Below are positions 1-12,395 of a DNA stretch of 64,000 nt, piece after piece; position 1 is the stretch's first letter; each line of letters begins with the position of its first letter. The notes beneath the pieces are model-generated. The model saw only the letters and a list, made by a program, of their open reading frames with translations, did not search any database and was not told the origin of the DNA. Source of the DNA: Camelus dromedarius (lineage: Eukaryota); contig NC_087437.1 in the NCBI RefSeq assembly GCF_036321535.1, forward strand, positions 93,436,001 to 93,500,000. Reading direction: 5' to 3'. A program made the translations under genes and the position numbers.

Positions 1-480
1 AGAGAATGGTTTGGCAAAAAGTAACAGTAGAAGTATGAAAAATAGATAAGAAGCTATTTTCTTTGTACATACTTGAAAGAAATAATGGTTTGAATTGTGG
101 CAGTGGAGATGGAGAGAATGAAAGGACTCAAAATTTGGGGAGGTTAGAATCAAGATGATTTATTAACAGATTGAATGAGACAAATGAGAGAGAAGAAGAT
201 GTCAAAAAGGAATTCCAGTTTTCTGACTGGAGAATTTGGATGGATGGAGATGCCAGTAATTGAGATGGGAAACATTGGGGGTAAAACAGGTTTGAACAGT
301 AGGCAGGAACCATGAGTTAAATTTTGAACATGTATTTAAGAATCTATGAGAGAGTGAGGTGAAACTGTCAAGTTCATTTAGAAGAGCAGTCTTTCAGAAT
401 AGTGACATTGAGAAGTTGGCAGATCAGTGGTATTGCAAGTTACCAGAGATAAGGCAACATATAAGATGCACAAAGATGGT
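1..480 (-). mobile_element. L2 LINE fragment (ancient)
   Basis: Purine-rich antisense L2 text, e.g. 'ggcagtggagatggagagaa', 'gagttaaattttgaacatgt'; heavily decayed. Confidence 0.7.
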
Positions 481-619
481 AAAAAGAATTCAGGACTGAT
501 TTTCAAGGAACTCCAACATTTATACATAAGATAATATAAATGTAAGATAGTTCTAGAAGAATCAGGGGAACATACTGAAGAGCTCCCAGAAATTAAATAT
601 ATCAATAACATTAGAGGAA

Positions 620-800
620 GAGTAGAGTGTGGTTTTTAACAGTGCTTTGGAATTAATCTACCTGGGTACAATTCTTGGGTTTCACACTAACTGGATCCAG
701 GTTTGATATAAAGTAGATGATTTAACCACTCTGTTGTACAGTTTCCCATTGGTAAGCAGTGATAACCATAGTACCCACCTCACAAGTTCATTGGCAGGGC
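620..800 (+). mobile_element. MIR SINE
   Basis: MIR core-like 'tttaaccactctgttgtacagtttcccattggtaag...gataaccatagtacccacctcac'. Confidence 0.75.
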
Positions 801-919
801 TAGCTCCTCTAAGTAAGAATATGAAAGAAAAAGAGAATGGAGCCAGATGAAAATAAATGTTCAGATTTGGGAATAAGAAAGATAATATGATGGATTTTTT
901 TTGTTTGATGACATATTAG

Positions 920-2350
920 TGTATTCATTTAATGTTTTATTAAATATCTACTATTCACCATATTAAATATTGGGGGCATAGAAATACACACAATTAATGA
1001 CCTAAAAAACATTGCCTTTGATTATAGGCCTTATGCTAAGAGGTAGGGAGACATACAACACTCCAGATAAAAAGGTAAATATGTAATACATGAAATATGA
1101 GAAGGGCTGTGGAGAGAAATAAAGCTGGGAATGGGAGTAAAGAATCCAGAGAGATTGTACTTTTAAATTGAATAATCAGAAAAGGTCTTACAGAGAAAGT
1201 GAGATCTGAAGGAGGTTAAGCGTGAGCAGATATCTGGGGAATGGACATTCCAGACCAAAGGAAGGAAAAATGCTAAGTCCCTAATGTGAGAATGTGCCTG
1301 GAGCGTTCAATAAAGAATTAAGAAATGTCTGTGATTCTGGCATAGAGAGTAACTTTTACTCCAGCTGACCCAGGAAGACACTGGAAGTTTTTAAGCAGAG
1401 GAAAAACATGATTTTAGTTTTATTTAACAGAAGCCCTCTGGCTGCTATATTGAAAACAGACTGAAGTAGGCAAAGATGAAATCAAGAGACCATTTACATA
1501 AAAAGTAGAGAGTTTTTGGCTTAGAGGTACTCATGAGTTTAAAGAATTGAGATAATCCAAGTTTGATTCTTGGTGGCAGTAATGAATTAAATGAGAAATA
1601 TGACTCTGGGTATATTTTGATAGTGTGTATAATGAAATTCTGGATATATTTTAAAGATAGGATTCACCAACTAATTGAGTACATGTTGTGAGAAAAAATA
1701 GGAGTTAAGAATGACTCTGAGATTTTTAGACTGAACAACTGGTGGATGGAGACTTCATTATTGAGATGAAGAATTTTGGGGTGAAGGTGGAGAGAGAACA
1801 TTAGGATTATGTATTCTCTTACTTAAATATGAAATATCTACTAGATATTTAGGTGAAGATATGAAGTGACTCATAGCTAATATTTTAAATATTAATCCAG
1901 AGTTTAGAAGAGAATTTCTAGGCTGAAAATAAAAATTTTATAAAGCAGCAGGTAGATGGCATTTAGAGTTATGAGATTGAATGTATGTAGATAGAAAGTG
2001 AGTGTAGGTAGAAAAAAGAAAAGTTTAGGACTGAGATATAGGGCACTACAAGTTTCTGAGGTCAGGAAAATGAGCACCAACCAATAAGGGAGACTAAGAA
2101 GGAGCAGTGATTTTTTAAAACAGGAGGAAATCAACTTAGTGCCCTTGAAACCAAATTAAAATGTGTTTCAAGACGGTAGAAGTGACCAGCAACCTCAAGT
2201 GTTGCTGATAGGTGAAGTAAGATGCTAAGAACTGATCCTTGGATTTAACAAAGTGAAGGTAACTGGTAAAAACTTAAATGAACTGAATTCAGGAAAGTAT
2301 GTGACTGAAGGAAGTGAAGGCAATTGTAGAGTTTAGCTTTAAATGGACAG
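920..2350 (-). mobile_element. L2 (L2a-like) LINE, 3' portion
   Basis: Starts with antisense L2 tail 'tattcatttaatgttttattaaatatctacta' and continues collinear with L2 3' UTR/ORF2-like text. Confidence 0.8.
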
Positions 2351-3299
2351 ATAAAATGGAGAGGAATTGGGGTCACCGTATTTATTCTAATGAAAATAGC
2401 CAGTACAGTGTAAGTGATGATTGATGATGAGAAGAGAAAGGTAGAGGCTGGTACACAAATTACTTATGACATAGTTATCTTCTGAGGTGAACAGTGAGGT
2501 GGGGAAGTTTAAACACAGTTTCATGGAATATATCTTACAAAGAATAGGAGAAAAAAATTACTGAGAAATATGGTTTTAAAGAAACTGGACAATGTTGAAA
2601 GCTTAGGTGAGATTAGAGATCATGAATTATAGCAATACCAGTATCACTGGTTCTGCAAATCCTCTCCAGTCCTGTTTATCTTTTGGATTACAGTCATGAA
2701 GGAGCAGGTTGTTGAGTTAATTAAAGGTTAATTTTTAAAAACAAGAAAGAAAGAGGGTACAATGAAGCTGAGGATGCTTGTTAGGTAGTAATGGTAGTGA
2801 TTTATTATGATAGCTGGAGTTGAAGAGAAATAGAAATAGAAATGAGTTGAGGGGTAGGTGACAATAGAATGGTCATTGGATTTATGGAATGATGCATTTA
2901 AAGAATTATTGCAGAAGAACTTGAGAAAGTGAGCAGAAAATCCAGAAGGTTTTCATCAGGGACTAGAGTTACTGAATTAATGGCTCCAGAAGTACAGCAA
3001 GTGATGATAGCAGAATTCAACATGTGACCATCAGACTAAGTTCAGGAAAAGGTGACTGGAGGTGACAAACTAAAGAAATTTAGAAACAAAGATATCCTGG
3101 CATTTTTTTTTAAACTATAGCAGGATCAAGGATAGAGATGAAGTCTATTATCTTGGTGATAAAATTTTCAGTACATGAGAGAAAAATAAGGCTTAACCAT
3201 ACAGCAGCAGTAAGGAGCAGATGAGGTGTTTTAAGAGCATAAGTTAAATTTCCAAAGACAAGGTTGGCTGTGGTAAGGCAAACAAGATTCAGTGGGACA

Positions 3300-3400
3300 T
3301 ACCCCAAGTATGTTTGAACCTGCAGTTACTACATTTGGTTTAATTGGTCTGAGGTGGGGCTCAAGGCAGTTGATTTCTAACACATAGCTAGTGAGACTCA
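3300..3400. mobile_element. MER5-like hAT-Charlie fragment
   Basis: 'tttaattggtctgaggtggggctcaaggcagttgatttctaaca' resembles the MER5A core. Confidence 0.55.
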
Positions 3401-4739
3401 CTTTGTGCCTTATGGTGCCATGTACTGATACATTTTCTCCTTCAGATACTCTGTGGTCACCTGGTTATGAATTAGAGGTCAGATGAAATTTACCTGTTTC
3501 TTTATTTTATTTATCAGGCTATTTCTTTCTTCTGAATTGCCTTTCACCTCATTTGTCATGTCTTATCTCTACACCTACTCTTTGAAAATTCTCTCTCTCC
3601 AGTGGGCTTTTGAAGTACTTTGTTAACACTATCAGAAAGTGACACATTTATGGTATTCTACTTAATATTGCATTTTTAGTGTACACATAAAGAGACAATG
3701 AAAAACTATTGCTAAGGATATTAAAACATTTATTAAATATTTGCTGAATAAATGTAAATATAAGTCTAATAAGTTGCATTTGCCTGTGTTACAAGTAGTT
3801 GAATTTTTGGATGAAATGTTATTATGTGCTACTAAGTTGTATCGAAATCTAACTTAGAGTGCCTGTTTGGTTTATTTGAAGCTATTTTGTAATAAAACGG
3901 TATATAATAAATGCTTGAGCTATGTATTTAATAATTGCAATATATTTTAGAGATTCTTATTAATGGATTTAGATTACCAAAAATGTGTTTTAACTGATTA
4001 AGCTGTATATCTGTGCTAAGATCCATAAAAACTAATGGACTTAAACACAGTTCTACCTGTGAAATTATTTAGCTTTTAAATTTTGGTTCAACGGTGAAAA
4101 ACTAGTTCATTACCAGTTACCTGAGTTAATAAGCATTCTGAAATAAAAGTAGAATACTGGGATGTCAGCTCTTTGATCTTTGATGTGCTAAGCTACTAGT
4201 TGTGCAGGCTCTTATGGTAATATTAGCAGCAGAAAACTAATATTCTGTTTCTTTAATAACAATTCTTTTATTAGTTTCAATGAAGTTTAAAGGGATTTAA
4301 AATGCCTAAATTTTAATCAGAATTGTTCTTATTTAGTTACATCTTTGAGCCCAAATATCACTGCATCCTTTATGTATAGTTAAAACCAATATTAGGTTGA
4401 CAGTATTAAAAAAGCATTAAAAGATAAAACTAAATTTACTAGCTTTTTCTTTTTAATATGTTTTCAAAACTGCTTAGAGGCCCTTCAGAAGCACCACTGT
4501 TTACAAGATTACCAAATTGGTGGAAAACACTGAAACGTTCAAATGTTGAACTGCTATAGTACCTCATAAACACATTCATAGAGAAAAGCAGAGCCAATTA
4601 AAAAAATAAATTCCTCATGTACTGTAAGATAAATTGCTGCAAGCCAACCAGTAAAAATAATAGAGCTGTCATAACAGTATAATTTCTGTGCACAAACCAA
4701 AGTATATCCAATATAATAGCAGAATGAAGATCTCCTGAA

Positions 4740-5250
4740 TAAATACCTAGTCAGGAATGAACTGCAGGGGAAAATACATTTGTTTGGAGCTTGGTTTGTT
4801 CATGGAAACAAATGTCTGCTTATAAGTTTGTAATGTTTGACAAGGAGAAGATTATAGCTCAGCCGTGGCCTCCAATAACTTAAAATATTAGAAGCTTTAG
4901 ACCTTGCTCAGTTAAATGAGTTACCCACATGTTCACCTTTTACAGATTGATAATCTGGTTGTAGACTGGGACACTTTACTATCTGCGAGCTGATGAACGT
5001 TCAAGGCATTTAACTTGATAGATCAGGGTCTTTTGCTAAATAAATTAAAGCAAATAGGAGTAACTGAGCAAGATGTTGGCTGGTCTAATGGGTATTTGTC
5101 AAATTAATCTCAGTCAGTGAATGTGAAGAGATGTGTTCCAATTCCATCCTATTCATTAGGGGACAGTCTGTTCTTGAGTCCTAAATGGTCACAGAATATT
5201 CACTTAGATGCCTGAAATACACAAGATCACACAAAATCAGAATGTGGATA
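4740..5250 (+). mobile_element. Ancient non-LTR retrotransposon reverse-transcriptase fossil (CR1/L2/Crack group)
   Basis: Manual translation from 5000: FKAFNLIDQGLLLNKLKQIGVTEQDVGWSNGYLSN*SQSVNVK. Collinear frameshifted motifs: LISL, EKIIAQ (4845), SFRP, GHFTICELM, QSVL (5164). Confidence 0.75.
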
Positions 5251-5975
5251 TGCCTTTTACCACACAGAGCTGTAAACACGGGCTCACATAATATATGCCA
5301 ATATCTGTAACAGGAAGTCAGCTGTGGAGGCACAATAACAAAGTCATTCTGGCAGATCCTTTGATCTGCGAGGTAAAGGGGCACAGGTGTATCTGATTGA
5401 GGTAGACATCAAATCAGGATTTTTTGGAAATCATTTTTCTGAAGGCTAAGGTTTTAGAGACTTCTTAGGCAAAGTGACACCTTAATTTCAATTTAGAAGA
5501 AGTATGTAGGAGAATTACAATTATTTAGAAGAGAGATGACGAGAATCATTGTGTCAAATGGATTATTTCTGGAATACAAGGAACTTCAGATGGACCGAGA
5601 GTATTTTGGTATTGAGGGAAAAAAAATTATAGAAACAATAGGGTTTCTTCTGGAAGTTCAGGTACAAACTAAGAAACAAGATGAGTTGAAGTCTTTATTT
5701 GGGGCAATTTAGTATGAACAAGGTAATCCAAAGTAGTTATCTTGCCACCATTTCTTATAATTATTAAAAATGTGTCTAGTTGTTTATTCATTGTGGCTAA
5801 ACCTCACTTGTCTCCTATGTAAGATGTCTGTAACTCACTGATGTTCTCTCTCTTTGTCTCGACCTTATATGATCAAGTAGCTCTGGTTCCAGTATAAACA
5901 TTTTCTCCATATGGCTATAGCCAAAACTCAAATACCATTCTCTGGAAACTCATGCCATCAAATGACCTTTATTAA

Positions 5976-6316
5976 TGTTAAAAGATAAACTGAGGCATAT
6001 TAAAATTTTTATTAATCAGGCAGCATCTGATGTAGTAAACAGAAAGGAGCTCTGAGAACCTGTGCAAAATGAAAGATGCTTATAGCCAGAGGGAGTGGGA
6101 ACAAGGGAGTTATACCAGGTGAAAAAGTGGGTTGATTATAGCAAGGTCACTTTCCTTTGGAAGATGGCAGATGGCCTTACTAGCGCTGATCAGGCAATTC
6201 CTAGCTGACCAGTTTAAGATTCCATTTCTAGGAGAGCCCAAACTATAATTAAGTCTTGGTTTGGTGACTTGGGGTTTAGCATAAGTAGGTCCCTTTTGGA
6301 TTTGTTGTTTATTAAC
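5976..6316 (-). mobile_element. Solo LTR, ERV1 (MER4-group-like)
   Basis: tgtta...taac termini with approximate 4-bp flanks ttaa/ttag; AATAAA and TATA-like signals read on the minus strand. Confidence 0.65.
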
Positions 6317-7895
6317 TTAGATAAACTAATTTGTGATTGTTAAACATCTTCTAACTCACCTAGACAATGTTATTTTTGAAAGTTTTAAAAGTTAGTTTAA
6401 GTGTATCTATTTCTGTGAAAGTCTTTACTCATTGATTCCTTACTAGGGATTTCAGATTCACTGGTCATTTACCAAGGAAGATATTTGGGGTGAGGAAAGA
6501 GTTACATAAACTTGACCTGCTATCAACTCTGTCTACTTTGTGCCCTTATTTTAATTTGAACTATAATAAAGTCAGACGTGGAACTGCTGACTCAGGAGAG
6601 AGCTGGCATGCTGCCCAATTTACAATATTTTTTTTTCCCTGTTCAACATGTCTGTCTAATCAGCTCTGTGCTGGGAGAGCCATTATCATCTCTGAGACTG
6701 ATAGAGGATGGTCCCACCTCCTGTTGTTTACTTCCTGTTAAGCTCCTTGTCCATAAACAGAGAGCCCACAGAGAGATACTGAATGTCCCACAGGTGTCAG
6801 CATCTGAAGCTGATCACTGGCGTGAAACCTTCTAATGACTGAACCTAGCCTATCATGTGTTCCTAATTGGCTCCAATATGCCTGTTATAGTCCTTTGGAT
6901 GATTTTTCTCCTCCGAACCTTTTGTAAGTTAATTTGGTCGTGTAGTGCTTATAAAGAAAAGATTGCAGTTACCATGTTTCAAGTCTGAAGATAACGGAAC
7001 ATATTAAAGCTCTTTGCTTTTCTCAAGAGGGCATCCGGAATAATACTTCTGTCTTAGAAAAGCTGATGTTTGCCTGGCAATCTTACCATGCTGAGATGTT
7101 TTGTTCTTCAATCATGCTCTATGGCTCATGGATGGACACTTATTTGAAATCTGTTCTAGTTCTGATGGTTCTTTGTACTTTATTGCTTTATTTTTTTTGC
7201 AGCTTATTGGAAACTTTTTGTTTGTTTTTCCTGCTAGTAAGTATTGCTGAGACATTATACATTCAACAATTATGCATTGACCACTTTCGTACTACAGTTG
7301 ACCCTTCAACAACCTGGGTTTGAACTACATGGGTCCACTGATGTGTGGATTTCTTCCATAAATATATTGGAATTTTTTTTGAAGATTTGAGACAATTTGA
7401 AAAAACTCACAAACCATGTAGCCTAGAAATATCAAAAAAAAAATTAAGAAAAAGTTAGGTGTATCATGAATGTATACAAGATATGTAGATACTAGTCTAC
7501 TTTATCATTTACTACCATAAAATATATACGAATCTATTACAAAAAGTTAAAATTTATCAAAACACACACACAAACACGACAGACTATACATGGCTCCATT
7601 CTCAGTAGAGAGAAATGTAAACAAACATAAAGATGCAGTATTAAATCATAACTACATAAAATTAACTGTAGTACATACTGTACTACCATAGTAATTTCAT
7701 AGCCACTTCCTATTGTTCTTGTGTTGAGCTCAAGTGATGAAAGTATCCTTTTAAAACTCCACGTGATGCCAATCATCTCTGCACGAGCAGTTTGTCTCTC
7801 CAGTAAATTGTGTAGCTCAGGAAAAAGTGATCTCTCCTGGTTCTTTTGTATTTTTCATTGTGTTTAAAAAAGCACTGTAAACTTTGAATAACAAC

Positions 7896-9590
7896 ATGGT
7901 AGCCATACAAAGTGCCACTAGTGATACTGGAAGTGCTCCCAAGAAGCAGCGAAAAGTCACGACCTTATAAGAAAAAGTTGAATTGCTTGATACGTACCAG
8001 GGATTGAGGTCTGCAGCTGCGGTTGCCAGCCATTTCAATATAAGTAAATCCAGCATAAGGATCAATGTAAAAAAAAAAAAAAAAAAAAGAAGAAGAAGAA
8101 AAAGGAAATTTATGAAGCCATCCCTACACTACACCAGCAGGCATGAAAATCTTGCACTTTAGGAAAATACCTTTTTTTCCTCTTCTGTTGAAAATTTAGC
8201 TTTTATGTGGGTGCAGGATTGCTATCAGAAAGGCATGCATATAGAGTCTAACAATATTTGGGAAAAAGTGAAGGCATTATGTGTCAACTCAAAGTAAAAG
8301 GAAGGCGAAGGATCTAAAACTGGGGAATTTGATGCCACCAAAGAATGGTTTGATAATTTTAGGAAGAGGTTCAGCTTAAAAAATGTCAAGTAAGAGGAGA
8401 AGCAGCTTCTGCTGACCAAGAACAGATGAATTCCCAGACTCCACTAAGAAAATTGTTGAAGAGAACAGATAACTGCTTGAACAGGATTTAAATGCAGATG
8501 AATGCCCTATTCTGGAAAATAAATGCCACAGAGGACCTTTATTAGTAAGGAAGAGAAGTGAACAACTCAAGTTAAGGCATGGATAGGCTGACTCTACTGT
8601 TTTGTGCAAATGCAGTGGGTTTATGACCAGAACCACTCTTATTTATAAATTTGTTAACCCCCAAGTCTTGAATGGAAAAGACAAACACCACCTGCCAGTC
8701 TTTGGGTTGTATAACAAGAAGGCTTGGACAATGAGAACCTTTTTCTGGATTGTTTCTATCTATGCTTTGTCCCTGAAGTCAGGAAGTATCTTACTAGTAA
8801 TAGATTGCCTTTTAAGATTCTTTTGATAACAGGCAATGCCCCTGGCCACTCAGAACCCCATGCATTCAACACTGAAGGCATCAAAGTGGTCTACTGTGGG
8901 GTCTACACCCCCAAAACAATACACCTAATTCAGCCTTTAGGTCAGAGATCATAAGGACCTTTAAGGCTCATTATACATGGTACTATATGAAAAGAATTGT
9001 CAATTCTATGGAAGAAAATCCTAATAGGGCGAAAATCATGAAAGTCTGAAAGGATTACAGTATTGATGATGACATTGTTGTTACAGAAAAACCATGAAAT
9101 TCATCAAACCTGAAACAATAAATTCTTGCTGGAGACAGCTGTGTCCAGATGTTGTACATGACTTTATAGGATTTATGACAGATCCAATCAAGGAAACCAT
9201 GAAAGAGATGGTGGATATGGAAAAAAAAAGTGATGAGTGAAAGATGTAAAGATATAAATCTTGGAGAAATTCAGGAGTTAACAGACACTACACCAGAAGA
9301 ATTAACAGAAGACAACTGGATGGAGATGAGTGCTTGTGAACCAGTGCCAGACGATGAGGAAGAAGATGTAGAAGAAATAGTGTCAGGAAAACACATTGAC
9401 ATTAGACAGTCTGACAGAAGGGCTCCAGCTATTCAGGACTGCTTTTGACTTTTTTTATGACATGGACCCTTCTATGATACAGGCACTAAAACTAAAGAAG
9501 GTAGTGAAAGAAGGATTGTAACACTTTAGAAACATTTTTAGAGAAATGAAAAAGCAAAACAATCACATAGAAATCATGATGTATTTCCAT
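7896..9590 (+). pseudogene. Degenerate Tigger2 pogo-family DDE transposase
   Basis: Peptide remnants SAPKKQRKV.TL*EKVELLD, FLDCFYLCFVPEVRKYL...KILLITGNAPGH, LIQPLGQ, DINLGEIQELTDTTPEELTED; many stops and frameshifts. Confidence 0.88.
8069..8103 (+). repeat. A20 + (GAA)4 simple repeat inside Tigger2
   Basis: Directly visible. Confidence 0.95.
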
Positions 9591-10533
9591 AAAGTTACAC
9601 AGAGTGTGCCTGCCTCTCCTGCCTCCCCTTCTTCTCCACCTTTTCCACCTCTGCCACTCCTGAGACAGCAAGACCAGCTCCTCCTCTTCCTCCTCCTCCT
9701 CCTCAGCTTACTCAGTGTGAAGATGGGGATGAAGGCCTTTATGATGATCCACTTCCACTTAAGGAGCACTTATTTTGTTCAACTCTGTATTGTTTAGAGA
9801 GGGAGGGCCAGTCTGGTGTCAGAAATCCATTATGACCAGAAGCAGAAGATGCTTCATGTCCTTGTTGGTGTAAGTCAGGTCATCTATCTTGTGTAGCCCA
9901 CTTACAGTCTCTCTGTACTTAAATATCCTCAATGACATTTAGAAATTCTGCTGACTTACCTTGGTACTTACCCTGCCATGTGGGCTTCTGGTGAAAAGAA
10001 TCATTACCCATACTTTGAACCATCGTACTTCATTCATGCTTGTCTCACGGCACTCAGCTCGTTTGAGTAGCTAGTTATATGTGCTTGCGTTATCCTTCAT
10101 ACAAGACTGTAAACTTTTCGACAGTAGAAAGCAGCATGCTATAAATATTTATAGGCTTGAATTGAATATATCAGAGAGCCAAGTGAATAAGAATGAATTC
10201 TGATAATTATGATTTTATAGTGAACTGTAGGCCCAGGAGATGAAGAAATCTGTTTAATTTTTAATTACTTTTGGGAAGTTGTGGGTATCTAATACATATT
10301 TACTGGCTGACAGGCAGGACAGGCTCCACAATAAGAAACCCATTAACGGCTGAGTTAAACATCCAGAAGTTTTTAGTTTTGGCTGACATTTTATTCCTGT
10401 ATTCACAACTAAATCCTATGCAACACTCTCCCTTCTATGGCAATATGAGATGAAAATCATACCACTCTTCTAGCCAATGTGAGTGACCTCTGCCAGTTAA
10501 TTTACTAGGAAGAACAGCGATAAAAGAAAGCCA

Positions 10534-10659
10534 GGGGAAGGTATAGCTCAGTGGTAGAGTGTGTGCCCAGCATGCATGAGGTCCTAGGTTCAATCCCTAG
10601 TACCACCATTAATAAACAAACAAATAAACCTAATTACTGCCCCCCTCCTCCAAAAAAAA
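10534..10659 (+). mobile_element. tRNA-derived camelid SINE (Vic-1 type)
   Basis: A box 'tagctcagtgg', B box 'ggttcaatccc', A-rich tail, near-identical flanks aaaagaaagcca (10522-10533) / aaaagaagacca (10661-10672). Confidence 0.88.
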
Positions 10660-12088
10660 GAAAAGAAGACCATTTGTTTTGTTCTTCTTTTGTCTGGGAG
10701 CAAAATTGTGTTTGCTATGGAGGTACTTGATTGAAAGTTGATAGTATATGCAAGGATAGACCATTTAAATTGCTTTCTCAAAAATGGGTTGGGTAATCCT
10801 GCAAAAGCAAAAGAAAACATATACACTAATGAGAAACAGTACAGAAACAAATTGACTTTCTGGCTGTGGATGCTAAATAACTACTAATAAACTTAACAGA
10901 GCGGTCTGTGGGGCCACCTATACAATTGATCTTGCCACTCTGATATCAATAGTGTGATACATGAAAGACATCAGATCAATGCTCTGAGCTGGTGAAGTAA
11001 CACACAATGAAATGATCTGTAGGCCTGCTCTTGTGTGGCCTTCAACGCATGGTGAATTTTGTAGTATTGTTAGTCCATTCCTTTACAGTTTACACTGCTG
11101 CATTTCAAATAGTAACATGCTTATTTATTTTTATTTTACTTACTTATTTTTTCACAATCGTGGTCAGGCAGATAGTATTGTCATAAGAAATGCACCTGCC
11201 TTTCAGTCTTAAAGGTTGCTAAGAATATCTTAGAAATAGATAACAAAGTCTGCCAGATTTGCAAATGAATCCTTTCTTGAAAGTAGCATTGTCTGGCATA
11301 TCTTGGAAGCAATAGTATAAGAAATGCATATGTTGCTATTGGCTATGAACAAAGTTTTTTTGTTTTTTCCATTCTGGTGTGGAAATAAATGAACAAATAT
11401 TGAAATTACACTGCTGCAGAAGTGCATTTTATTTATAATGCACACTGCACCTCAGGCCATTGTCCTTTTGGAAATAGACTGATATACAATTCTCTTGTGT
11501 TTGAGGTAGCTGAGTTGTTCTAGGCCTTCTGACCCTACTAAACGACTCACAATTCTTAAAAGCTAAGCAGTAATCTGACTTCTAGAGCAGTAATCTAACA
11601 CCTAAAGGGCTATTTAAGCAACAAGAAGGGACATACTTTAGGAAAAATTGGTGTAATTATGGCTAGATAACCTGAGTTGCTGCTAATGTGAATATAGACT
11701 GAACCCTTTTTAAAGCTAATGTGTTTTGGTTGTATTTCAATTATTATCAGTGCAGAATTCTAAAGAGCATTAACTATATTTGTGTTGTTTTCTAGACATT
11801 TACACAGAAATAGGATCCTTAATAGGCACTTTTGTTATCAGTGCTATCATAGAACTAGCCTAATGTGGTTATACCTTAGAAAGGTCAAGAAGTTAATACC
11901 CACGTAGCCCAATGCCAGAAATCCCAAAGGAAAGGAAAGGGGAAATGAAGAAGCAAATGTGCTTTCTCAGTGTAAGAACCTTATTAACAATGAGTAGCGA
12001 TTTCTACAAACTGGGGAAACAACAATGAACAGATGTGGAAGATGAACAAAATGAAGTGCTTAAAATATCAAACTCTAGCCATGTCAGT

Positions 12089-12292
12089 CAGTGGCTCCCA
12101 ACTACTTCAGAAAGGATACTTCCTAGAAGGCTAGACTACTTCAGGAAGAAAAAAAAAGAAAAATGCCTACGTAGGAATCCCATCTCCTATTCCTCCCAGT
12201 TCTGATTTAATTGATCTAGGTTCAGCTTAGGCGTCACAAGGTCTTAAAATGACCAGGTGATGCTAATGAGCCAACAGGTTTGAAAAGCACTG
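12089..12292. mobile_element. MER5-family hAT-Charlie MITE
   Basis: cagtg...cactg termini; 'ttctgatttaattgatctagg', 'ccaggtgatgctaatg'. Confidence 0.75.
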
Positions 12293-12375
12293 ATCTAAGT
12301 CTTTGATGGGAATGCTATCATGATAACTAGACAGAAAATTAGAGAAGGATTTTAATTTATTTTGAATGTATATAC

Positions 12376-12395
12376 GTGTGTGTGTGTGTGTGTGT
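12376..12395 (+). repeat. (GT)10 microsatellite
   Basis: Directly visible. Confidence 0.95.

Larger units (their letters stand above)
7295..9762 (+). mobile_element. Tigger2 (TcMar-Tigger) DNA transposon, right end missing
   Basis: TA followed by left TIR 'cagttgacccttcaacaac'; internal sequence follows Tigger2; similarity stops at 'gatccacttccacttaa'. Confidence 0.92.

Noticed and set aside
7896..9590. Domesticated TIGD-like gene
   Set aside because: Multiple stops and frameshifts, and still flanked by the transposon TIR
10534..10606. tRNA gene
   Set aside because: Followed by a SINE tail, poly-A and TSD; acceptor stem does not pair properly
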